DNA of 64,000 bases from a virus. This document shows, piece by piece, positions 1 through 8,250 of the stretch (position 1 is its first letter; every line of letters begins with the position of its first letter). The stretch lies in IMG/VR virus record IMGVR_UViG_3300028888_000123. One strand, given 5' to 3'. The notes under the pieces are model-generated. The model worked only from the letters and a program-made list of their open reading frames with translations, had not been told where the DNA came from and ran no database searches. A program made the translations under genes and the position numbers.

Positions 1-78
1 GCTTGAGGGATTTAAGGTGTAGGGCTATGGACTTCCCAGAGTCAATTTAAGTAGCTTGGGACTTGACCTTATAGAATA

Positions 79-105
79 GGCTGGGTTCGATTCCCAGGTA
101 TTTCA
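79..105 (+). tRNA. Degenerate or truncated tRNA 3' half (T-arm plus 3' acceptor strand); no matching 5' half found.
   Basis: CTGGG-TTCGATT-CCCAG T-arm at 81-97 followed by 7 nt and A. Upstream sequence does not fold into D or anticodon arms. Possible tRNA remnant at the window edge. Confidence 0.2.
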
Positions 106-109
106 TTGT

Positions 110-142
110 GAGGAGGGAAAACCCTTAAACAAACCCCTCCTC
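110..142 (+). other. Hairpin with a perfect 8-bp stem GAGGAGGG/CCCTCCTC and a 17-nt loop.
   Basis: Inverted repeat read directly; it lies between the tRNA remnant and the first small ORF. Confidence 0.4.
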
Positions 143-174
143 CTTAACGAGTTTTATATTGTACTTATATACTT

Positions 175-393
175 ATGGCACAATTAAATTTAAACGAAGA
201 GATTAAAAAACTTCGCAAGGATTTACAGCGTGCTAACCTTCTAAATGAAAAATTAGATTTAGAGATTAGGATTGCTAGAGCAGACAGAGGGATAGCAGAA
301 AAGGAGGCTGAGTTTAGGAGACTACAAGACCCAGACGAGCCAACTTGGCCAGACAGTCTTGAACGCTGTTGTAACCCTTGTGTGAATTATTAA
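175..393 (+). CDS. Hypothetical small coiled-coil protein (72 aa).
   Basis: ORF track entry; charged heptad-like sequence; followed by a UUCG-loop hairpin. Confidence 0.4.
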   Translation: MAQLNLNEEIKKLRKDLQRANLLNEKLDLEIRIARADRGIAEKEAEFRRLQDPDEPTWPDSLERCCNPCVNY

Positions 394-465
394 TCTTATG
401 GGAATGCTGGATGCCCAATTTATTTAAAGAACAGTCAATATGTGTGATTGTTTATTTTCATCCTT

Positions 466-482
466 GCTCCTTCGGGAGCTTT
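466..482 (+). terminator. Rho-independent terminator-like hairpin GCTCC-TTCG-GGAGC followed by TTT.
   Basis: 5-bp GC stem, UUCG tetraloop, T-run, immediately after ORF 175..393. Confidence 0.45.
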
Positions 483-487
483 GATGT

Positions 488-559
488 GGGAGAGTAGCTC
501 ACGGCTAGAGTGCTAGCTAGCGAAGGCTAGAGATGTAGGTTCGACTCCTACCTCTCCCA
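488..559 (+). tRNA. tRNA with a non-canonical 8-nt anticodon loop (TAGCGAAG); isotype undetermined.
   Basis: Acceptor GGGAGAG/CTCTCCC, D-stem GCTC/GAGT, T-arm GTAGG-TTCGACT-CCTAC. The anticodon stem CTAGC/GCTAG encloses 8 nt. Confidence 0.55.
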
Positions 560-638
560 ACAATGGTGACGGGACTAGCCAGAAGAAGTCCTATATAACA
601 AGGGGTACTTTGTAATAGCTGCTATCCCTTGTCTATAT

Positions 639-711
639 GCCGAGCGTGACAGAGTAGTAATGATTAACGGGTCGCACCCGTTGTTCGTAGGTGCAAATCC
701 TACCCTCGGCT
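639..711 (+). tRNA. tRNA-like element: acceptor, anticodon arm (loop GTCGCAC, anticodon CGC if canonical) and T-arm with atypical T-loop TGCAAAT; no recognisable D-arm. Possible pseudo-tRNA or structural variant.
   Basis: 6/7-bp acceptor GCCGAGC/CCTCGGC, AAACGG-loop-CCGTT arm, GTAGG-TGCAAAT-CCTAC. TGC replaces TTC in the T-loop. Confidence 0.35.
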
Positions 712-718
712 CCTTTAT

Positions 719-812
719 GGAGAGATGTCAGAGTGGATGAATGTGGCGGCTTGCTAAGCCGTTAACCGGATGAGAAGCCGGTTCGTAGGTTCGAATCCTA
801 CTCTCTCCGCCA
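719..812 (+). tRNA. tRNA-Ser (anticodon GCU), type II with long variable arm, CCA encoded.
   Basis: GGAGAGA...TCTCTCC acceptor, anticodon loop TTGCTAA, variable arm AACCGGATGAGAAGCCGGTT, T-arm GTAGG-TTCGAAT-CCTAC, then G and CCA. Confidence 0.8.
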
Positions 813-813
813 T

Positions 814-890
814 AGGAGATTAGCTCAGATGGTTAGAGCACTTGTCTGATATGCAAGGTGTCACTGGTTCGATTCCAGTATCTCCTACCA
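814..890 (+). tRNA. tRNA-Ile (anticodon GAU), CCA encoded.
   Basis: AGGAGAT/ATCTCCT acceptor, D-stem GCTC/GAGC, anticodon stem CTTGT/GCAAG with loop CTGATAT, T-arm ACTGG-TTCGATT-CCAGT, then A and CCA. Confidence 0.8.
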
Positions 891-893
891 AAT

Positions 894-967
894 GTCCCCA
901 TAGCTCAATTGGATAGAGCGATAGCCTTCTAAGCTATAGGTTCTAGGTTCGATTCCTAGTGGGGATA
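894..967 (+). tRNA. tRNA-Arg (anticodon UCU).
   Basis: GTCCCCA/TGGGGAT acceptor, D-stem GCTC/GAGC, anticodon stem ATAGC/GCTAT with loop CTTCTAA, T-arm CTAGG-TTCGATT-CCTAG. Confidence 0.8.
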
Positions 968-993
968 GGTTTTAGTTGAAAAATATAGAAAAG

Positions 994-3177
994 ATGAGAA
1001 CATTATTGTTATTTAGATGAGCACCTTGATGTGGAAAGTCTACCTTCATAAAGGAGAATTGACTAGAACCATACACTTTATGTGCAGATACTTTTAGAAT
1101 GCTGTATTCTTCTCCTACATTATATGTAAATGGAGAGGTACATATTCCACAGAATGTGAATGCAGTAGCTTGGGATAATCTATTCTCTACCCTAGAATAT
1201 AGAATGCAGAATGGAGAGTTCACAGTTATCGATGCTACAAACTCTAAAACTGTGGAGATGAATAAATATAAGAAACTAGCTGATGAATATAGATATAGAC
1301 TTTATATTGTTGATATGACAGACATCCCTATCGATGAAGTAAAGAGAAGAAATAAACTTAGACCAGAATGGAAATGGGTACCAGAAGAAGCTATAGATAA
1401 TATGTATGCTAGATTCACAACGCAAAAAGTTCCTAGCTGAATTAAGGTTATTAAACCAGAAGAGGTGGTTGACTTATTAAGATGGAGAGCTGTAGAAATT
1501 CCTGATACATATAAAGAGGTAGTACACATAGGAGATATTCATTGATGTTATGAAACATTAATGTCTGCTCTACCTAATGGTATTGAAGAAGATAAGTTCT
1601 ACATATTCCTATGAGATTACTACGAAAGAGGGCCAGAGAATGTAAAATGCCTAGACTTTATGGAAAGCATAATTGATTTACCTAATGTTGTATGTTTGGA
1701 GTGAAATCACGAAACTCATTTATGGACTTATGGTATAGGAAAAATCCCTAGAAGTAAACACTTTATGGGGTATACAGTGAATGAATTAATCGAATGAGGA
1801 TGGGATGCTAAAAGAATGAGAATCTTTATGAAGAAACTTTTGCAGTGCTACTACTATACCTTCAAAGGTAAAACTGTTCTATGTACTCACTGAGGAATAA
1901 GTAATTCTAATTTCGATGAACTATTCCCATTAGGATTAACTTGTATCGCTACAATGGATTTAATTCATTGAGTGGGTAGCTATAATGATACAGCTGAATG
2001 TGATACTAACTTTGCTAAAGGAAACATAATTCAGATACACTGACACAGGAATATAGAAGATAAACAAATAGAATGAATTGCTAACCTAGAATGATGAGTT
2101 GAATGGTGAAAGGAATTGAGAGTTGCTGTGTTGGGTGATGAATTAGAAGTAGTTAAGTATCCATACAAAGATAGAATACCTTCTAAGGAAGAATTCTTCT
2201 GAATAAAACAGGATGTAACCGTTAAACAATTCATTGAAAGCTTGAGAAAGAATAGATATATCAACGAAAAAAATGTGCAGTGAAACATAAGTAGCTTTAA
2301 CTTTACTAGATGAGCATTTAGTAGAAGTCACTGGGATAGAGAAACAGTTAAAGCAAGGGGGCTATTTATAAACACTAACACATATAAAATAGTTGCTAGA
2401 GCCTACAATAAGTTCTTTAATATAGACGAACAAAAGAGTACAATGTTATTTAGTATAGGACAAAATGCTCACTTCCCTATCGTTGGGTACAAGAAATATA
2501 ACGGATATCTATGAATAATAGGATACGATGAAGAAAGCGATGAGTTAGTATTCACAAGTAAATCTGAAGTGGGTTGACCTCACGCTCAACGACTTAAAGA
2601 AATAGTTATAGAGAAAGGTATCAACTTAGAAAAAGTAAAAGACTATTTAAAGGAGAACCTTTGCTCGTTAGTCTTTGAGGTTATAGACCCTGTAAATGAT
2701 GCACATATTATTAAGTATACTGAAAGAGATGTTATATTGTTAGACTGTGTAAAGAATACTATCAACTTTGAGAAACTAGACTACGATAGTTTATTAAAGC
2801 TATGAGAACTACTTTGATTCACAGTAAAAGAAAAGTTAGTAGAGTTAAAAGATATGGTGGAGTTGAGAGAATGTATTGACGAATTACTAAATCCTAATTC
2901 AGAGTACAATACTTGAACTCCTATTGAATGAATGGTGTTTGTTGACAAAGATGACTTTATGTTTAAACAGAAGTGAGAGTATTATCAGCAATGGAAGAAA
3001 CTTAGAGCTTTGATTTGAGTAGTAGCAAGATGACAAAACTTTGTTCATACTTGAATGTTAACAAACCCAGAGATGAATGAGTTCTATTGATGGTTAAAGG
3101 AACAGACTTTAACTTGAGAAGAAAACATTATAGAGCTTAGAGATAAGTTCTATGCTAACAAAGCTATGATTAGCTAA
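994..3177 (+). CDS. pnkp: Trifunctional RNA repair enzyme with kinase, phosphatase and ligase domains. The N-terminal domain is a P-loop polynucleotide kinase, the central domain a lambda-phosphatase-type metallophosphoesterase, and the C-terminal domain an Rnl-type RNA ligase. About 727 aa with TGA read as Gly.
   Basis: P-loop FRGAPGCGKST spans two TGA codons (1018-1050). GDIHGCY (lambda PPase GDLHGCY) and LEGNHE span further TGA codons. Ligase motifs KxNG (VGYKKYNGY), FEVID, EGMVFVD and FKQKG are present. Only TGA interrupts the frame, up to TAA at 3175. Confidence 0.75.
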
Positions 3178-3306
3178 CATAGGGAGTCGTCCACCTCGGC
3201 ACGGACGGATAATGTGGGGTATCACACTGTAAATATTAGCTTTAGTATTAGTAATGCGAAGTACAAACATTATGAGTAGTAAGGTTAATATGATATATCT
3301 CCCTTC

Positions 3307-3377
3307 GGCAGGGTAGCTCAGGGGCAGAGCAATGCCGTTTAGGGCATATGTCGTGGGTTCGAGTCCCACCCTTGTCG
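3307..3377 (+). tRNA. tRNA with a 6-nt anticodon loop (GTTTAG) between a perfect 5-bp stem ATGCC/GGCAT. The central TTT/TTA suggests a Lys(UUU) derivative or UUA; isotype undetermined.
   Basis: Acceptor GGCAGGG/CCTTGTC (two GU pairs), TA, D-arm GCTC-AGGGGCA-GAGC, T-arm GTGGG-TTCGAGT-CCCAC. Confidence 0.5.
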
Positions 3378-3384
3378 AGGGGAG

Positions 3385-3472
3385 TTTGAAAAATGTGTAA
3401 AATGGGTATCAAAATACCTTGAAAAATGTGTAAAATGTATACAAATTTATATTGAAAAATGTGAAACTAATG
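3385..3472 (+). repeat. Three tandem copies (period about 33 bp) of TTGAAAAATGTGTAAAATG; promoter-like (TTGAAA ... TAAAAT).
   Basis: Copies at 3385-3404, 3418-3437 and 3451-3472 (degenerate), directly upstream of the first early small gene. Confidence 0.6.
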
Positions 3473-3865
3473 GACAAGCTTATTAGATTTATAAATGAAT
3501 ATGGGCACACAAGTAGTTGTTGACCATTCGAAACTTATAGAATAGAGCCAGCGACAGACTGGATTTCTTCATATTTAGTATTGAGCCGAGATGATAATTG
3601 AGAGTGAGATTGGAAAGATTGGCATTTGCCAGTTCCAAGATTAATTAGTAAAGAATATGGTTTCATAAAACGACTTGTTGATAATGATAAGATAGACAAG
3701 AAAAAAATAGATACAAGGCTGGTTAAAAGCGTGGAAAGTCATTACGATGTAGACTGATGGTGGGTTGAAAATTCATACGAGGATTATTCAGATATAGATA
3801 CTTTGCTAATGCTACTATCAATATCAGATACACCTATTGATTTATTATGTAACCTGTTAAAATAA
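3470..3865 (+). CDS. Hypothetical small protein, family A; paralog of 6755..7102.
   Basis: Read through 4 TGA codons. Shares GFIKRLVDNDKIDK and LLMLLSISDTPIDLL motifs with the 6755 gene. Confidence 0.45.
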
Positions 3866-3866
3866 A

Positions 3867-4076
3867 ATGAGAGTGGCAACGTTAATTAAAAAGTTAGAAA
3901 ATTTTCCAAAAGAGTGGGAAGTATTCTATAAAGATGGAGAAGACTTAATAGAGATACTCTGATGTAATCAGGGTATTGAATATTATGAAGAGTGAGACGA
4001 AAGAAGAAAGCCAGTAATAGACGAAGAATGAAATAAGAGTTATCCATATTGAAGAAGGGTGGTTACTTTAAGTTAG
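3867..4076 (+). CDS. Hypothetical small protein (about 69 aa).
   Basis: ATG 1 nt after the previous stop; frame open with TGA as Gly. Confidence 0.35.
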
Positions 4077-4101
4077 TTTTATATCTTAAGTAAAAATCTG
4101 A

Positions 4102-4344
4102 ATGACTGATAAAGAAAAGAAAGAACTGCTTGATATAATTGAAACACAAAAAATATATCTAAAAGCAGATAAGGAATTTATTGAGGGACAAAGAAATTAT
4201 ATAAAATCATTAGAGCAGAAATTAGAGAAAGACAAATTTGGTTTGCGATATGCTACCTTTGTATATGGTGGGTTAATATGATGATGTATTTATATATTAG
4301 AGAAATCAATACAATGATGGATAGAAATTATTAGTTGGTTTTAA
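4102..4344 (+). CDS. Hypothetical small protein (80 aa), lysine-rich coiled-coil N-terminus.
   Basis: Frame verified codon by codon to TAA 4342-4344, which is the TAA of the first TAATCAG unit. Confidence 0.45.
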
Positions 4345-4373
4345 TCAGATTTATTTACTTAATTTAATAACCT

Positions 4374-4601
4374 ATGGAAACTATAAAGGAAGAAAGAGAA
4401 AGCTGAATGGAACGAAAAGCACATAATTATTCCTTAGAGTATAAGAATTGGAGATTTACGCTAACCGAAAGCGAGAGATGAGATTGTTTCTTTGTAAATA
4501 TATACTACAAAGATAATAGCTGTTCAATGTTTGTACATACAGGTACAAAAACAGCAGAAGAAGCTAAAGAGCGAGTTGAAGATTTTATCAAAACAGAATT
4601 A
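4374..4601 (+). CDS. Hypothetical small protein (75 aa).
   Basis: ATG lies in the conserved CCTATGG context after the intergenic unit; codons counted to TAA 4599-4601. Confidence 0.45.
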
Positions 4602-4634
4602 AAATAATCAGATTTATATTATTACTTTATACCT

Positions 4635-5021
4635 ATGGGAAACAAATTAGAACAGCTATTGAATAGCTTGATAGAGAAAGGGTATATACCATTTAATATA
4701 CCTTGTATTACAAATGTTAGTTTTTTAAGAAGATTATGGATAACATCACATCAGAATGACAGAGATTATAAATTTGATTTCTCTTTAAGGGACTTAGTAA
4801 GTAAAGAAAGCTGACTATGGCAATTCGTGTGTGAGAATGGATTATTGAATGTAAACAAAAAATATGAATGGGAATATTGGACACAAAGTTATAAACAAGA
4901 TTGAGAAGAATATACACACGAATTTAGTAGATGGTGTGAGAAATACCGACTAATAGAAAGTGCCTTATGTGATGAAGATAAGTTAGAGGAGTTTTTACTC
5001 AATTCAATTAAGTTAGACTAA
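4635..5021 (+). CDS. Hypothetical small protein (128 aa).
   Basis: CCTATGG start; three TGA codons read as Gly; stop TAA 5019-5021 lies inside the next TAATCAG unit. Confidence 0.45.
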
Positions 5022-5051
5022 TCAGACTTTTATATTATTTACCTAAAGGAA

Positions 5052-5252
5052 ATGGGAAAAGAAAAATCTGAATGAAAATATAGGATAATAGAAGTAATAG
5101 ATACTGCTATAAATCAGAGAGTATATATTCCACAAAAGAAGAATTGGCTTTGAATTTGGAGAGATATAAGCTATTGAAAATTTCTTTTAGAAAGTGCAGA
5201 AGATGATATTAGAAAAGATAAATGAGAGTTTAAGATAGTTAAATATATGTAA
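5052..5252 (+). CDS. Hypothetical small protein (66 aa).
   Basis: Start after the intergenic unit; stop TAA is part of TAATCAG. Confidence 0.4.
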
Positions 5253-5280
5253 TCAGACTTTTATATTTTATTTATAACCT

Positions 5281-5481
5281 ATGTATCGTATTCTTAAAAC
5301 ACCTAATTGAAAATATAAAGTACAGAAAAAAGATTGGCTTATAGTAAGTTATCGAAGAACTATTGAATATTATGACCCAGAAGCAGAAGCACGTTTAACT
5401 AGATTATTTGACACAAAGAAAGAAGCAGGGGAACGAATAGATAGAGATAGGGGATGAAAAATAATTAAAGAATATTACTAA
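5281..5481 (+). CDS. Hypothetical small protein (66 aa).
   Basis: CCTATG start; stop in TAATCAG. Confidence 0.4.
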
Positions 5482-5513
5482 TCAGACTTTTATATTTATA
5501 ATTTATTATAACT

Positions 5514-5768
5514 ATGGAGAAAAAACTATCAACTTCATCTGCGGAAATATATTGTTGAAAGCCTATGAAAGAATGGCTTGATGAGTGGGAATGACACTAT
5601 ATAACAGTGTGAGAACTTATAGATGAGCTATGAAAATTTGACAAAGACTTAAAAGTTTTAGTTAGGCGTACTTCTGAATTCACCGATGAAGCAGATGCTA
5701 ACCCATATATTGATTTGATGCGTTGAAGATTAAGAGGGACTAATGAAGATATCTTGCTTATCAATTAA
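5514..5768 (+). CDS. Hypothetical small protein (84 aa).
   Basis: Start after the intergenic unit; frame open with TGA as Gly. Confidence 0.4.
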
Positions 5769-5786
5769 TATTTTATATTATTAGCT

Positions 5787-5984
5787 ATGGAGATGTGAAA
5801 AATAGAAATCTATGAGGACTGTAAACAGATAAGTCAGTTTGAATATCTACGACCTATTATATTTGTCCTCATTATTATAATAACTTTAGTGATGTGATAT
5901 TTATGTAGTATAGCATATGAGCAACACGTTTGAGAGCCAACCAAAGATAGTTGTATAGAATACTTTACTAAATATTCAAAGTAA
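5787..5984 (+). CDS. Small membrane protein (65 aa, one TM segment).
   Basis: Hydrophobic stretch IIFVLIIIITLVM; stop in TAATCAG. Confidence 0.4.
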
Positions 5985-6007
5985 TCAGACTTTTATATTA
6001 TTTACCT

Positions 6008-6253
6008 ATGGAGAGAATGACATTTTATATACCACCTGTATTCTTATTTGGGAATAATGCTAATAGAGTTCCTCACGATGAAGAAAAGAAATCTGAATAT
6101 AAGACAGCAGCTGAAACTGAAATTAAAGTAGAGAATTGGATGGCAAAAAGAATAGCTGAATTAGAAGAAGAAAATAAAAAGCTGAAAGAAGAAAATGAGA
6201 AACTTAGAATTGATAGAGAGTTTGAAAAATGAAATACAATATTTGGTATGTAA
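6008..6253 (+). CDS. Hypothetical coiled-coil small protein (81 aa).
   Basis: ORF track 6008..6232 extended through one TGA to the TAA inside TAATCAG. Confidence 0.45.
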
Positions 6254-6283
6254 TCAGACTTTTATATTTTAATTTTATAACCT

Positions 6284-6475
6284 ATGATAGATACAAGTAG
6301 TTTAGATAAAGTATGAGAATATATAGAACAATTAGAAGAATGATGAAAGCAAGCTAGAGGAAGGGTAATAGAGCTTGTAGATAAACTTAATAAGATTAAA
6401 GACTTATTCAATAAACGAGATATGACTTGAAGGGATGAATTTTTAGATGAGTTAAGAGATTTGCTTAGAGATTAA
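6284..6475 (+). CDS. Hypothetical small protein (63 aa).
   Basis: CCTATG start; stop in TAATCAG. Confidence 0.4.
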
Positions 6476-6502
6476 TCAGACTTTTATATTTATTATTCAC
6501 AA

Positions 6503-6616
6503 ATGGAAACAATAATAAAAATCTGACTTATAATATGGTGTATTATAATATTGCCACCGATGATAATAGGCATAATTAAAGCGGTTATAGAATTCTATAA
6601 AGATTTATTGAAGTAA
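6503..6616 (+). CDS. Tiny membrane peptide (37 aa).
   Basis: Hydrophobic IIWCIIILPPMIIGII; bounded by two intergenic units. Confidence 0.3.
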
Positions 6617-6644
6617 TCAGATTTATCTATTAAACTTTTAAGTT

Positions 6645-6755
6645 ATGGACGACGATACAATTTGATGTATATGATGTATAGGTTGCTTATGGCTTCTCTG
6701 AATTATATCAGGAAATACAGCAATGATATTAGTTTTACTTGCTATTATATTATAA
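6645..6755 (+). CDS. Tiny Cys/Gly-rich membrane peptide (36 aa).
   Basis: Triple CIG repeat read through TGA; the stop overlaps the next start (TAATG). Confidence 0.3.
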
Positions 6756-7102
6756 TGGAAAAACTTATAGAGTTATTGAATGAGTATGAAAAGAAAGCAG
6801 TAGTACACTGGTATGAGTGGTATTGACAAGATGTTTTAATGTGCAGATATATAAAAGATGGTTTTGAATTTTATACTGATGAAGCAACTACGATAGCTAT
6901 TTCTAAATATTACTGATTTATTAAATGGTTAGTAGAGAATGATAAGATAGACAAAGATAAATTATACAAATCTGAATATAAGCCATACTTTTGGAATAGA
7001 ACAACAAATGCTTTTAGCTGATTTTGGGCAGAGAATATCTTACTAATGCTACTTGCTATATCAGATACACCTATTGAAGATTTAATTAGTTATTTAAGAT
7101 AA
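6755..7102 (+). CDS. Hypothetical protein, family A; paralog of 3470..3865.
   Basis: Shared motifs GFIKWLVENDKIDKDK and LLMLLAISDTPIEDL. Confidence 0.45.
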
Positions 7103-7132
7103 TCAGGCTTTTATATCGTTACTTAAATGAAA

Positions 7133-7363
7133 TGAAGAAAGTGTGGTATTGAACAATGGAGGAATATGAGAATATAAAAACTACATTTAGAGAAACACAA
7201 AAAAGCAAACCAAGATTTTATTACCGTTGAGATTTAAATACTGAATGAGAGCGGAAAGAATGGTCTACCCCTAGAAAAATTACTAACTCACGAGGAAAAC
7301 TACAAGAAGAATATGATACTTGGAATAAGAGTAGATATAGACACGACACAATATATTTTATAG
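7133..7363 (+). CDS. Hypothetical small basic protein (about 76 aa).
   Basis: First ATG after the intergenic unit; stop TAG 7361-7363. Confidence 0.35.
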
Positions 7364-7399
7364 TTTAATCAAACTTTTATATTATTTATCTTTAAAAAA

Positions 7400-7558
7400 A
7401 TGATACTTGTAATTATCTTTTTAATCCCATTAAGTTTACTCTTATGTGGTATGTTATTGTGAGTAGTAGATATGACATTATTTGATGGGGCTTTGTCTGA
7501 GTTCTTGAAGGCTTGGACACATCATTGGCTAGATAAATATAAGCCAAAGGAAAATTAG
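7400..7558 (+). CDS. Small membrane protein (52 aa).
   Basis: TM segment ILVIIFLIPLSLLLCGMLL; followed by the AATTAGTTTT motif. Confidence 0.35.
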
Positions 7559-7581
7559 TTTTATTTCTTGTTTATATTACT

Positions 7582-7743
7582 ATGAACGAAGTCTGGTGAA
7601 CTGGACCTATAATAGGACTTATAATTTGTTGACTGCTCTTCTTATTTGTTGTGATTGACCTTGCTACAGATGGTGAGCTAGGTGATTGGATAAGCGATTG
7701 GCTTAAAAGTTGGATAAGGAAATTACCTCATCCTAAATATTAG
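7582..7743 (+). CDS. Small membrane protein (53 aa); likely paralog of 7400..7558.
   Basis: TM segment IIGLIICGLLFLFVVI; same downstream motif. Confidence 0.35.
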
Positions 7744-7768
7744 TTTTTATTTTTTGCCTATTATAACT

Positions 7769-8215
7769 ATGAAACATAAATTTTATCAATTACAAGATTA
7801 CATTAAGAGGAAATGACTTAAAAATAAAAAGGTTACTCGGGACGAGGCATTTGATATGATGTGCTTTCTTGAAGGATATAATGACCATTTCGCTCCTGAT
7901 GAAGAATTCACTACCTTTTATATGAAAGATAAATTTGGGAATGATTTAGACAGTGATACTCGATTATCACATTCTGTAGACTGTATAGTCTATAAACAGT
8001 TAGATACAAAGGAACGGTTAGTTAAAGATGATTGTCTCAGATGGGGAATCTTAACATATAAGCAAAGTGATTGTATAGGTATATACCCAGACATAGAAAC
8101 AATCACCGAAGATGAAGCTATGGAAATAATGAGTAAAGTAGAAAAAAAGAAACCTTCTCGCGATAAAGAATGATTAAAAAAAGATATAAGTAATTTAATT
8201 GATAAATACTTATAG
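7769..8215 (+). CDS. Hypothetical protein (148 aa).
   Basis: ORF track 7856..8173 extended in both directions with TGA as Gly. Confidence 0.5.
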
Positions 8216-8250
8216 GAAAAATTAGTTTTTATTTTTTACCAATATATATT

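Noticed and set aside
972-1529. Minus-strand ORFs of 83 and 75 aa.
   Set aside because: They are antisense to the RNA repair gene, whose sense frame carries the P-loop and phosphatase motifs.
3339-3341. The tRNA at 3307-3377 read as an ochre (UAA) suppressor.
   Set aside because: The phage still uses TAA as its own terminator, so a strong ochre suppressor is unlikely. The loop is 6 nt and the anticodon register is ambiguous (TTT or TTA). It is kept only as an unusual tRNA.
4342-7400. Regularly recurring 30-nt repeats, considered as a CRISPR array.
   Set aside because: Spacing is irregular (110-400 nt) and equals gene length. The repeats contain the stop and start codons of flanking ORFs, and the intervening spacers are protein-coding.
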